From Eledone cirrhosa (Eukaryota), in NCBI GenBank assembly GCA_964016885.1, contig OZ024746.1, positions 77,252,001-77,316,000 of the forward strand: a stretch of DNA of 64,000 nt, read 5' to 3'. Shown piece by piece: positions 40,195 through 53,536 of this stretch. The notes under the pieces were generated by a model. It was not told the DNA's origin. It made no database searches and worked only from the letters and a program-made list of their open reading frames with translations. The translations under genes were made by a program, and so were the position numbers. Position 1 is the stretch's first letter. Every line of letters starts with the position of its first letter.

Positions 40195-41543
40195 CATATA
40201 AAAATATACACACACACACACATGCACACATATAAAAATATACACACACACATACATACACACACACATTATGTGTGTGTGTATGTATGTGTACACACGC
40301 ACACACACGTGTGTGTGTGTACACATACATACACACACATAAATATACACACACACACACACATAATGTGTGTGTATAGTTTTATATGTGTGTGCGTGTG
40401 CGTATATATATATATATACCTATACACACATTTGTGTGTGTATATATATATATGTGTGTGTGTGTACGAACAGGTAAGACTTCTTTTTGCACTGTACTTG
40501 ACAGTACAATTATCATGTTGTAAGGGAGATTATCACAAAAATACTACCAGAGTTATCTCCCTTGATAATTTCGCCGCAAGGGATTTCTCTTTATTCTGAA
40601 TGCATTGAATACTACTTAACGTGTTTATATATATGCTGGCAGTTTAGTGAATGTGTATATGTATTTAATGATGGATTTTTAAAACAACGAAGGTCTATTA
40701 TATTTTATTAGAGTTATCAAATGTGAAGTTTTCATATTTTAGCCAATTTTTAAAATCTGTATAGTCACCTTGCTGAAAGAGTACATTGATACACACAGTG
40801 AAAACTTTGTCTTTTTAAGGCTTTGTATGAACACAATTCTTTATTTAAGACGTTAGTGTGTGATTTGACGTAGATTTGGTTGCTATTTCTAGTATGTATG
40901 ACTGTAGAACTTAGGTTATTTCATATATCTTTCTTTAGTGCTATGGCTCACAAACCCTTTTCTTAGATTTTAGAACAAGTAAAAATATTTTACTGCACTT
41001 GTGGCTAAATTTAAAAAAAAATTATTCAAAAGATGTATTTATACATATTAGCATAACACAAAGAAACCTAGATTATTGAAAATACAAATAAAGTACTATA
41101 TGTACTTCTTTCTATAGTAAATATATGGACTGAAGTTATCAATGAGAAATATGAACTTGGTGTTTTTTGGCAATGTTTTCATTCTTAGTTTCGTTTCTTA
41201 CTTTTACAGTTAAATATGAACTTTATTGTGGATTTCAATTTGTATTTTTCACATTTTGAAATAGTCCTTTTTCACAGAGTACCTAATTACATCTCACAGC
41301 ACATCAGTGCACCCAGGTACTCAGACTGGGAACCACTGCAGTAGTTTAGTTACTATTTCTGGCATATCAAGTGATCATATAGTGGCTCTTTGTTAGATTG
41401 TTTTGGTGTAGAATTAAATGGGTGTATATGATATAAAGTTAATTTGTTTTGGAGAGAATAAAGTTGGATCCTATTGTCTCAGCAAATTAATAAATAAAAA
41501 CAAAACAATTATAATAGGCTTTAGCATAATCAGCCGTGTTAAT

Positions 41544-41762
41544 AATGTGCAGTATTAGAGCAAACAGTTTAAGTTTCATAGACTTTGAGTATGAAACATT
41601 TAGAAAAAAATGACTGCACTGCATTAAAACTTAAACTGTTTGCTCTAACACTGCCCATTTTCAGAATGGTATGTGCTCCAGAAAAGATACCCTGGGTGTT
41701 TGAATTAACTAATCTATTTTTAGATATGTTCTGCCAAACAATTACAGGATGTTAAGCGTTAA
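41544..41762. mobile_element. Hairpin/foldback element related to the 12849/30985 arm family
   Basis: 33-bp inverted arms at 41544-41576 and 41627-41659, then one unit ending caggatgttaagcgTTAA. Confidence 0.6.
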
Positions 41763-43543
41763 ATGAGATTGTTTGGGATGTACAAAGGAAATACATTGAG
41801 TAGATTCTGGAAGGTATCATTATCAAATGGTAAAGTTTTCTACTCATCTTATCCCTGCCTGCTAGCTAGCATGGGAAAAGATGTGGAATGATAATGATGA
41901 TAACCTAGGGTGATATATGTGGCAGCTGTTACACATTTTTTAGTAGAAAAGAAATAAAGATTGAATACATAGGGATAATATCTTATGCAAACAGTTCTGA
42001 TAATTACAGCCCAGTCCTTCTCTTTTTCTAATAACGTATTTTGGGGCATGGAGTATCTGGAGAGCTCCAGATTTGCTTGATTAATAATTTCATTATCAAG
42101 CTGAAAATTAAAGACCTGAATATCATGTGATAGAATTAGCCATGGCTGTGTGGTGAAGCAATTCGCTTTGCAACTGCATTGTTTTAGGTTCGGTTTTACC
42201 ATGTTGCCCCTTGGAGAAGTGTCTTGTACTAACCTTAGAATGACCATTATTCTGTGAGTAAAATGTGGTAGATGGAAATTGTGAAAGCTTGTTGTTTATA
42301 TTTGTGTGTCTGTGAGGTTTCAGATTTGGTCTTACTGCACATGAGGCAAATATCCTACCATAATGTTGTTAGTGAAGTTAGACAAACAGAAACAATATGG
42401 AAGCTATGCATGTGTATTTGTCTACATCTTATATTCAGAATTTTTTCCTCGTTAATATTATTGTACTCATTAATGTTCATCTTCAATTTGTATTGCTGCA
42501 AGTTTTTGTTATATACATGTTTTACTATTTTGCAATTAAACTAATTTCAAGACTAAGTTATGTATTAAGCTTTATGTTGCTTCATAGTAAAATAAATTTG
42601 TAATCTGAACAAAATCTCTCTTTTTTCCCCTCCTTTCCCTGCTTCTCTCTCCCTCCCTCTCACACACACTCTCTCTCTAAGTCTCTCTTTCTACCCCCTC
42701 TCATTGTTTCTCTCACTCTCCTCTCCTAATTGTTGTATATTTATGTGCAGTTTTGATTTTTTGATATTATTTCCCTATGATGTTCTCAACAAACCCTTTC
42801 AAATGTCGAAATAGAGATTTACAGAAAGTAGATTCTCTATAGCAAATATCATTGAAACTTTGTATGTGCACATGTAAATGTGTGCATTGGTGTATGAGTG
42901 CATGCCAATTTTCCATTCTTGTGTGTGTGTCAGCAACATCATTTAATGTTCACAGTTTTCCAGAAAAAGTTAACTGAATAAGATATACAGGTAAATGTGT
43001 GATATGTATTTAATTGTTTAAGAGCAAGAAGAAAAGGAAGTGTGCTTCTGTCTTTTTGTAATCTGTTAGACACGCAGTGACTAACGACAGAATGTTTTAA
43101 GTCTGCGTGTCTGACATACATGTGTAGCTTGTGAATAAAAAATTCAAGGGGTATTGCTGGCCGTGGTGATCCCTTCCAAACATCTTTTGTAATGTATCGT
43201 CTTATTGGCTAATTTCATCGCCTTATTAGCTAATCAACCAACGAGAGTAATTGTTGCTCAAAAGCATCCGCCACTTTGTTTGCACGTTTATTTATCGTTT
43301 CGCTTTCGAATCTTCCTCCAGTATTTCGTCGTTTATCATCAAAATATTTTTCTCGTTTATCATCAAAATATTTTTCTCGTTTTGGTAAGTTATATTGTTA
43401 ATTTATATATGATTTTTTAAAATTTATATTAACTATTAAAAGTCTGAAAATATTTTTATATATCTTACAATAATATTTATAAGATCATTTATAAAATAAC
43501 AATTATATAATCTAATTACATTACAACGAATAATTTATTATTA

Positions 43544-43880
43544 ACTAGCAGTGGTACCCGGCGTTGCACGAGATAAGGTATTGTGAAATATATAACCGCC
43601 TTAGCTAAGCTTAGTATTGCCACAACCACGGCTGGCAAAGAAGTAAGGGTCTGGTGGTACGTAAGTAAGCAACACTGTGGCTTAAAACGTGTGCACTTAC
43701 CAACTGTTTGGGGAATGAGTGAGATTTGTCTTGAGCAAGGGCGGCAAAATAACCGGAGGCAGCAGACAGCCAGACATACAGATATTATAAGGGCGCGTTC
43801 TGGACGCAGAGTGAATTGTAGGAAGTGACGTAATGCAGACAGCCAGGCATACAGACAGATATTATAAGGGCGCGATGTTA
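43544..43880 (+). mobile_element. Possible non-autonomous Helitron-like element
   Basis: Starts actagcagtggtacccggcgttgcacg. Ends in two direct repeats of gcagacagccag.catacaga..tattataagggcgcg. Confidence 0.4.
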
Positions 43881-43900
43881 TATGTATGTATCTCATTCGT

Positions 43901-43936
43901 TCTTCTGATGAAGGACTAATGTCCGAAATGTTAAGA
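43901..43936 (+). ncRNA. Minimal type I hammerhead ribozyme motif (Penelope-associated type)
   Basis: UCUU-CUGAUGA-A-GGAC(UAAU)GUCC-GAAA-UG-UU-AAGA. Confidence 0.7.
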
Positions 43937-44399
43937 CCCTCTTCCTGCTATTTCAAGCGTTAGACTAATATATTCCTTCCATATACTATACCGTTTGTTT
44001 TCTTATTTCTCTTTACCTTTTACGCGCACGCACACACACACACACACACATATATATAAGAGAGAAAAAGTTAAACTTACTCTATTGAGATAATAAATAG
44101 TAGTTTCTTTTTTACTGTCTTCTCTCACAGTTGCTAAAGTATTTTTGAATAATCTTAGGAAGGGCCTGAAGCTTTAATGTTTTCTTTTTGCTTTATTTTT
44201 CCACCATTCCTTATCTTTCCTTTTTGTTTTATATCAATTATTATTATTATTTATTTATTTTTACAATTTATTATTTTTCCTTTTATTGTCCATACTTTTA
44301 GTTATTTCATTATTTCTACACAGCCACATATAATGTCTCTATACTGTTTTGTCCTTGTACTGTCTAAATCATCTTTTGTACCCTTGTGGCAAATATACA

Positions 44400-44965
44400 A
44401 AGTCTTCTTCTTTGCCTCCTCTTCTTCCTCCTTCTTCTTTTCCTTCTTCCTTTCCTCCTTTTTCTACTTCTTCTTTTCCTTTTCCCTCTTCTTTTCTTTT
44501 CCCCTCTTTTCTTTTCCTTTTTCTTTTCCTTTTTTTCTTTTTCCTTCTTCTTTAATTTCTTCTTTACTTTCTTCTTTGCTTTCTTCGTTTCTTCTTTGCT
44601 TTCTTCTTCTTTTCTTCTTTGTTTTCTTTTTCTTCTTTGTTTTCTTTTTCTTCTTCTTTTCCTTTTTTCTTTTCCTTTTTTCTTTTCCTTTCTTTTCCTT
44701 TTCTTCTCCCCCCCTCCTCCTTTTTCTTCCTCTTTTTTGTCCTCTTCTTCTTCGTTTCTTCTTTGCTTTCTTTTCTTCTTCTTTGCTTTCTTTTTCTTCT
44801 TTTCCTTTTTTCTTTTCCTTTTTTCTTTTCCTTTTTTCTTTTCCTTTTTTCTTTTCCTTCTTTCTTTTCCTTTTTTTCTTCTCTCCCTCCTCCTTCTTCT
44901 TCTTCTTCTTCTTCTTCTTTGCCTTCTTCTTTGTCCTCTTATTCTTTGTCCTCTTCTTCTTCTTC
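44400..44965. repeat. Polypyrimidine (TTC/TTTTC) low-complexity tract
   Basis: Direct inspection; source of the F/S- and K/E-rich ORFs. Confidence 0.9.
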
Positions 44966-45822
44966 ACAAGGATGCGTAACTCTCACACCTCCACATGTGT
45001 TTTCTATATTGTTCTTGTGCCGCCCAAACCATCATTCTACCCTTGTGGCAAAGAAAAAGACATTATTGATCATTATCTCCAGTATTATTATTATTATTAG
45101 TAGTAGTAGTAGTATTCTGTATTCAGTCTCAAAATAGTTTTCGGTGTTGGTGGGGAGCGATATCTCTTTCCACCTCTTTCTACCTCTCCACTTTGTTTTA
45201 AACACTTTTTGCTCTACCTGTAAAAAGAAAAGAAGAGCAAAAACAAATTATTCATTCCTCTGTAATGACCTGTGTTATCTATATTCTACACTAGGCATGC
45301 ACTGGTCTCAAAGTGCTAAGTGACAAATTGTTTTTCCGGAAATTAGCCAGAGGCTACATACAGTTGGCTTACAAATATAAAGTAAAAACGAACATTTTGT
45401 ATCTATTTATATGTATCTGTGTAATAACCTTCATGTATAAGTGTAGTATGTATGTATGTATGGTAAAGGGATGTGGCTTAGTGGCTAGGGTGTTTGGTTT
45501 ATGGCTGGAAGGTCATGAGTAAGACACTTGAGTCTTATGTGTAATTCAACGGGACCAGCCTTGTCACAGACTGTGTCATGCTGAACCTGTTTGAGAACTA
45601 TGCTAAGTATACATGTATCTGTGGAATGCTCAGTCTCTTGCATGTTAATTTTATGAGCAAGGTGTTGCATTGTTTGAACACCTGGAACACTTATCGTTGG
45701 AACTGATAGAGGTCCAACAATGTGTGTGTGTGTGCACGAAAAGTAAATGGAAACAACAAAGCAAACAACATAGTAGAACAAAGATATATATTAGTTTAAC
45801 ACTTGATATATTATGACAAGAG

Positions 45823-45858
45823 CCTTAACATTTCGGACACTTGTCCTTCATCAGAAGA
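45823..45858 (-). ncRNA. Minimal type I hammerhead ribozyme motif, second copy
   Basis: Minus strand reads UCUU-CUGAUGA-A-GGAC(AAGU)GUCC-GAAA-UG-UU-AAGG. Flanks are homologous to 43891-43975. Confidence 0.7.
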
Positions 45859-47037
45859 TAGAATGAGAAATAAAAGATGAAATAGAAAGGCAAAGAATGA
45901 GAAGAGGAAGAAACTGAACATTTTTTTTTTTTAATAAAAAAGCATGTGTGTTTAGTCAGCCATTTAGGGAGGAAACCAGTATGTAAGGAATGCTCTCTGG
46001 TGTGCAGAACCCCTGGCACAAGAACCCTGATGGTCCTAGTGGATGGACTGGAGAAAGCGTTACTCCTAAAGATAGCAAGAGAGAGAGAGAGACACTAAAA
46101 TATCCATTTCAACTTGCAGGGCTCACTTCTGTGGGTTCTGCCCCAATAACAGTGAGTAAGGAGGTAGTACAAGAACTGATAACGTGAGAAGTCTGTCACT
46201 TAATGCACCAGATTGCTGCTGGGTAAAGTGTCATATGTAACATGCCAGATGAGGGACTTGTTACTGTAGAAAGGGAGATTGTGTTGCTATTTGGCTTTTT
46301 GCTCTTCCCTCATTCAAACTACACAGGCTGAAGCTGTGAATAGAAGCCATCGGTGATCAAGGCATTCTTGATTATGCTGTTAAGAGCAGCTAAATCTTTT
46401 GATAATAACCTGCTGAAGACCAACTCAGATTTTTCTGATATAAAATCACCTATTTCAAAATGCTCATATTAAAATTGCCCATTCTATTATTGTTTTTATT
46501 TTTTTCATCTCGAATATTTTAGGTTCCAAACAACAGTATATTAACAAAAGAATTATTCACTAAATCTTTTTCTACAACTTTGGTTTGATCAAATCCTCTT
46601 GTGGACTATTGCTCTTTGGGATCTTTAGCAGAATCCACCGTTTCAAGTATTCAGGCTAGATTCCAGTTTGAGGATACCTTCTGCTTTCTCTTTCAGCAAT
46701 TTTTCAGGCCCTATAAACAAATGGACATAGGAATTGCCCTTCTCTCTTTCATTAACTCTTTCATTACCATATTTCTATTTTAATGTAATCAATAATTTAG
46801 AGAGACTTGGTAATATAGCTAACTTTTTCATTATCAATTTGATGTTTTGAGCATTACATGAAATTATGATGGGAGGTTTTTAAATACATATAAACACTTT
46901 GAAACAAACAGTTTTGTATTATGGAAACGGGTAGTTTCCAGTGGTTTGGTATAAACAGGGCTAAATTGTAAGATATAAAGGTGGAGATGTAAGAAGGCTT
47001 TCCTGCTGTATTCCTTCTTCTCTTCGACTCCATGTTA

Positions 47038-47280
47038 TCATCATCATCATTGTTTAACGTCCATCTTCCACGCTTGCATGGGTTTGGACGAGAATTTTCC
47101 CACTTGAGGCAAGATTGGTTGTCTTGCTCGTATAGGACTGTCTGGCGGGTTTTCTACGGCTGGATGCCCTTCCTAACACCAACCACATTTACAGTATGGA
47201 CTAGGAGGTTTTTACCATGTTACCTACACGGCCACATTACAGCGTGGACTGTGTGTTTTTTTTTGTCGTGACACCTACTC
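47038..47280 (-). mobile_element. RTE subfamily C 3'UTR/tail fragment
   Basis: Matches 9062-9310. Confidence 0.85.
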
Positions 47281-48885
47281 AGCAAATTTTATTCTGTTCC
47301 TCTTCTTTTCCTTCTTGATTTGCTTTTAATTCTCTATGTTCTTTAATTGCACTTCTCTCCTCCCATCAGGTAATATACACGATTATGTTGCACCTGTGTT
47401 CGCTACTACATTCTCTCATATTCATTAGAACACAAAAACAACTTCATATCATCCCCTTTATTGTCCTCACCGCTTTATAGAAAATAATTAAAAGTCTGAA
47501 AGTCTACAACTATACAAGCATTGATACACATAGCTGTTGTATTATATTCAATTGCATATTTCTCAAGCTACTTGTTTCCTGTCACCAGAATTGTCTTCGT
47601 CTATGTAATGACTTCCATGTTACATTTATTAATAAACAGGTTTTTCTGTGTTTGTTTAATTTTTGGCTTGGGTTTTGTTGAAGAATACAACAAAATAGAT
47701 TTGTTAATAGTGCACTTAATTCCATTATTCCATGTTCACTGCTAATTAAAATAGTAATCATCACAAACTAATTGGGACAATAATTTATTTAAAGCCATTT
47801 TTACTTAGTCTTATACATGAAGCTGGATTTGTGTCAAGCGTTAACCTTTTCCTTGCCTTATTTCTAATGAAAGACTTTCTTTAACTGGTTTCAGTCATTA
47901 GACTGAAGTCATGCTTGGGCACCACCTTAAAGGGATTTAGTTGGTCAAAGTTGGTGCTTAATTTTTCAAGCTTGATATTTATTTTATTGATCCTTTTTGT
48001 GTTGAGCCTCTAAGTTATGTGACATAAACAGACACTGGCACAAACATGAACATAACCCATCTCATATATATATATATATATGATTCGTTTGTAATATGCT
48101 GATTGTTCCTCAAAGCCAGTGTTGAACAAACAGGTGACGATCTGTCACCAGCATGCTACAGCTTCAAATTGGGCCGTTTGTTTACAAATGAATCGAGCAT
48201 TATTATTGATGTTCAATGTGACCCATATGTACATATGTATATATGTGTGTGTGTGTATATATATGTGTATTTATATGTGTATATTTATATACGTTTATAT
48301 GATTATATATATACACACACACACATTTTTTATGTGTATTTGGTGTATACGTTCATATGTGTGCGAGTACAGGTGTTGCTCGTGTTTATGTGTACGTGCA
48401 TGTATATGCATGCGTGGTGGGTGTTTTCGCGTATGCACGTGTATGTACATATATAGATGCGTGTATGTATATATTTATTATTGATTTTAATAACCTCTGT
48501 CATTTTCGTTCTACTAATTTATTTACTTTATTCTTAACTCTGAAGCCGAGAATCATTCGGTTTCCTGAATAGAATATTAGTCTACGACTTCATTTATATA
48601 ATATACGTGGTTTTGTCTTTGAGTGTAATTGTTTTCATCGCTCCACATAACGACGTATTATCTTCGCTTTTTTCGTTCATTGCCAGGGAATGTCTTCACG
48701 AACCAAAGTATCGTCTTCCTGTTTTCCTTCGGTTGCAACGTTTTTTCGAAATATTTACTTCTGCGTTCACAGATTGATTTTTTTAGTTTCAGAAGATCCC
48801 GTTAAAGGTGAAAGCAGCAATTCTTTGCTTAAACTTTAATCTGTTATTTTAATAAATATATATATATATATATATATATAAATAT

Positions 48886-49453
48886 ATATGAGCGGAACAA
48901 GTAAACATTAAACAATCTTTTAAATAAATTAAAGTACGATTTAAATATTTACCTCTTCTATTGCCATGACCGACGGTTTCGCTTATCAAAAGATTGGAAA
49001 TTCAGAGAATTTCCAATGGAAAGATATAGCTCTTCAGATAGCTTTTCCAAATCTACTAGACATAAGTCCGCATAGATGTAGATATATCACCCTCTGCCCA
49101 GTGAATGAATCAAGCCGTTAAAATGACCCACACACTTATTGGACCGTTAGAAAAAGCGGGAATTATAGACTCGCTGATATTTCATGCTGCTAGAAATAGT
49201 AGCATGATACAGTATTTTTTTCTCTACATTAAGGAGAATACAGATAAATGATATAGATATCCCAGTAGGTACTAGGTACCCACGGAAATATATATATGGT
49301 GTCTATAATAGTGGTTGTTCTATGGTACTAATTTGAGATACCAGAACTGTAAATATGAGTGGAACAAGTAAACATTAAACAATCTTTTAAATGAATTAAA
49401 ATACGATTTAAATATTTACCTCTTCTAGTGCCATGACTGACGGTTTCGCTTAT
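48886..49453 (-). repeat. ~100-bp direct repeats with a 467-bp period, each containing the hammerhead cleavage half
   Basis: atatgag.ggaacaagtaaac...gccatgac.gacggtttcgcttat at 48886-48986 and 49353-49453. The second copy is cut by an RTE tail at 49454-49510. Confidence 0.85.
48963..49042 (-). ncRNA. Type I hammerhead ribozyme with extended stem II
   Basis: Minus strand reads GCUAU-CUGAAGA-GCU.UAUC..AUUGGAAAUUC(UCU)GAAUUUCCAAU..GAUA-AGC-GAAA-CC(GUC)GG-UC^AUGGC. Confidence 0.82.
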
Positions 49454-49915
49454 ACCATGTTAGCGTGGAAGATAGACGTTAAACGATGATGATGATGATG
49501 ATGATGATGATATGTGTGTGTGTGTGCATACTTACATTTATGTATCAGCTGTTGTTATTTTAATATAGGTGTTGCAGTCCTTCAATAACCGCTCTCTTAA
49601 TTCTAGTATTAGGTGACTGTTGTTGCAACAATGTCTGATGTTTACTTCCTTGTTTGACGTCGTCAACATGCAGGGCACAACATTGTTTGTATGTTGACAT
49701 GTGCACTAGGCATGCTGTGACGGGCATGCTTGGGAAATTATATACATACAATCGTACAACTACAAATGCGTAGACTAGTTTCAAATGTATTACTCCTGTG
49801 GCTACAAACTGCTGCGCCGAAACCATATACTTTTAATCATCTAAGCCTCCGTCTCTCTCTCCTCCTTCTCCAATCTGTTTACACATTCATGTATATGCTT
49901 ATATATATATATATT

Positions 49916-49980
<65 letters not shown>

Positions 49981-50129
49981 TTAAAAACCTAACTTTTAAA
50001 TGTCTGTATATATAGACATGCTATTTGTTTTGTGATACAGTATATTAAAACACAGCCAAACTAGTTTGGTCTATGTACTGCTTTTTTTATTAGTACCTAC
50101 TCTTGTGTACACACACACACACACACACA

Positions 50130-50266
50130 CTCTTTCGTTTATTCGCTAATATATATATTTATATATAAATCCACACACACATACACACACTCGTTTATTC
50201 GCTAATATATATATTTATATATACATCCATACACACACGCAAACAAACACTGTCGTTTATTCGCTC

Positions 50267-50299
<33 letters not shown>

Positions 50300-50450
50300 A
50301 CATACATACATACATACATACATACACACAATCGTTTATTCGCTCACATATATATTTATATATATGTCCACACATGCACGTTTATTCACTTGTATACATA
50401 TATATTTATATATACATCTACACACACACACACACGTTTATTCGCTCATA
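50130..50450. repeat. Degenerate ~60-bp repeat (cgtttattcgct anchor plus TA/CA runs), ~6 copies
   Basis: Anchor motif recurs near 50136, 50192, 50255, 50333, 50379 and 50435. Confidence 0.75.
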
Positions 50451-52169
50451 TGCATATATGCAGATATATTTACACACGCACACGCACACACACACACACA
50501 CACTTTTTTAAAGATACACCCATTACACACATGCACAATATCTCTCCATTTGCTCTACTTTTCCCATTTAAAACTGCAGCAAAACAATTTTATGAATGTC
50601 ATTAATATTGGTAAAATGTTTGAGTTAGAAGCCATTGGATCAGATAACGACACCTAGAGCAAACTATCTTTTAGTATTCCACAGCAAGAAGTGAAGTGAA
50701 AAGAGCAATTTAGTAGAAAAAGCTATTGGTTTTGCAGTCTCTTTGACTTTTAAATTGACTTTTTGTAGTGTTAACATCTTCAAATAATAATAATCTGTTT
50801 CTGCCCACAAGATGGAAGGTGCCAGCACTTTTAAATAACCGTTATTTATTATTTGAATATATTGGCATGTTCTATGCTTTGCTATTTCTGGAAAATGTAA
50901 TGGCTGAGTTAGTATATATTTTTTGTTTTGTTCTTGTTCACCCATTTGATACCAAACTGCCTGAAACTGTCCCTAGTTTTACAATACAAACCCGTTTCTG
51001 TTAAAGTGTTTATATTTATATAAATACTTTCCATTATGATTCAATTTTATTGGTGGATTGGCAGTATCGGTAGAGGGTCGGACGCCATGCTTTCCAGCAT
51101 AGTTACGTCCCTTTACGATCTAGGTTTAAATCCCGCCGAGGTTGACTTTGCCTTTCATCCTTACGGGGTCGATAAAATAAAGTACCAGTAATGCACTCTG
51201 GGTAATTGCTGGCCTTGTGCCTAAAGTAGAAACAATTATGATTCAATTTTATGCAAGAACTTTTAAGTTATGTGCCAAACATCAACTTAACCTTCTCTTG
51301 ACTGTATTTCTAATAAAATGCACTCTATTTAAATTAATTATAAAGACTTTTAAAGGATTCAATAAAATTATTAATTATTTCATAACTAAGATAATAACTG
51401 AATGTGTGATTCATTATCATTGTTTTTACGTCGACTTTTTCAAGCTGGCATGGGTTGGATGGGGCTTTTTGAGGCTGGATGCTCTTCCGGATACTAACCC
51501 TTTTTAGTTGCCTATGACATACAGGATTCTGGTGTACCTATACTAAACCAGATACACTTGGTTCTTATATAAAATTAAGATTTTAATTTAAATAGGAGCC
51601 CTATAAAATGGGTAGGTTTGTTTCATAGAACCAGAGCTGGGTTTGACAAACATTAATTTCAAAAGGGTTTAACTCATACCTGTGTCTATCCATATAGCCA
51701 TTATCAGTCCATGAGGTGTGTGTGTTGGACCTTCATGGGTTCTGGTGATAAATAACCTGCTTGTGAAATTAATGTGCAAGTGACTGAGCACTCCATAGAT
51801 GAGTTCATTTAACATAATTCCCAGGGAGATTCAATATGACATTGGGTGTTTCAAGGCTGGCCATTTGAATTAGAGACATAACTGATTTCTTCCAGCTGAG
51901 TGGCCCAGAGCGATGTGAAATAGACACAATGTGGCACCGGGAATTAGAAGCTCTGTTCAGTGGTTCAACTGAGTGTAGAAAGCTGTCTTGATGTGAGCCT
52001 CTTTGTCAGTGGTTCACAGCCATGGGATCAGTTTCCTGCTTCAACTTCTCAAGTTGGGAGTGAACTGTCCATCTGATGTGAGGGGGAGAGATGCCACTGA
52101 GCAACTAGCATTGCTCCCCACTGCAGGAAGGAAGCTGCAGTAGAGGTAGACCAAGAAATACCTGGGCCA

Positions 52170-52315
52170 AGCTTCTGAGAGCTGACCTCAAATCACTGAG
52201 ACTCACAGAGGAGATGATGAAGGAACATGACGAGTAGAGTGATGTCATGCTAAGAAGGACCTATTCAGGCCATGCAAGTGTGGAAAAACGGACGTAAAAA
52301 CGATGATGATGATGA
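52170..52315 (+). mobile_element. Old RTE 3' terminal fragment
   Basis: DLKSLRLTEEM-like coding remnant followed by cggacgtaaaaacgatgatg. Confidence 0.7.
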
Positions 52316-53366
52316 GTTAGTGCCCTACAGTTGAGCTCATGTTTCAACAGCAAACAGACATATATACATCATCATCCTTCTTATACCTGCTTTTCCATGC
52401 TTACTTACACACACACACCCATATACACAAACACGCACTTATATTTTTGTGTGCACTACCATCATTAAATTTTACTAATATTATTATCATTATTGTTATC
52501 ATTATTATTATTATTATTATTTTTGGCAGTTTGTTACAAAAATGCTGATATTTAACATTCAACGATGCAACTTTCTGCAAAAGTATATACAAATTAGTCT
52601 TGCTGCATACAACAACTACAAGAACAACAGCAGCAACATTAAATTGCAACAACAAAAATACCACCACCACCACCACAACACCAACACCATCAACAATAGC
52701 AACAGCAATAACAGCACCATCATTGCCAACAACAACAACAGTATCACCACCAAATGATGGTTTCCTAAAAATACCCATGTCGTACTGATTGAGGTGGAAA
52801 TCCTTGGCTATTGGCATTGGTGGTTGGGTTTGGGGTTAGACAGGTGACTTATTGGATCTAGAAAAGATTTTTGGAATAATAGTGGGGGTGAGAGATGGAG
52901 CCCTGAGATGGAGTGGGGGGTACGGTCAGAAGGAGAGTGAGAAGATAATTTGGTGTGGGTTTATATAAGGGTGGACTGTAAGTGAAGTTGTTACAGGGAA
53001 GTGAGAATATAATGGGGGTGAAGGTGTGGTTAGAAGGGATATAAAAATATAATGGAGTGGGGTATGACATGGGGGTGGAAAAAGGGTAAGTGAGAATATA
53101 TAGTTATTGGTATTTCTGCTTAACCCTTTCACTGCAACGATCTGGTTCTGCTTTTTCACTGTTACGGTAATTGGCTGTATATATGGGATAGTATGTACTA
53201 ACGAACTCTCTGCTGCCTGATTCTTAATGATCACCTGTCACTGTTGGTTTCACCCTTCAATTGTCTTTGGGAACTGAGGGTCCATCGTTTTTAGAGAATG
53301 ATCCATTTACCTGCTGGATATGTCCCTCTTGCTTATTCCTTTTCCTTTTTTTCTCTCTCTCTCTTA

Positions 53367-53404
<38 letters not shown>

Positions 53405-53490
53405 CTCTCAACCATTGCTTGCTCTCCCATTTTTCTCTCTCCTACTTGTCTCTCTTTTCCACTTCTCTTTCTCTCTCTCTTTTCCACTTA

Positions 53491-53536
<46 letters not shown>

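Noticed and set aside
44177-45137. F/S-rich and K/E-rich ORFs
   Set aside because: Low-complexity pyrimidine tract with no splice or domain evidence.
53120-53330. Unique-looking island that might be an exon or enhancer
   Set aside because: No consistent splice-bounded ORF or recognisable peptide; conservation data would be needed.
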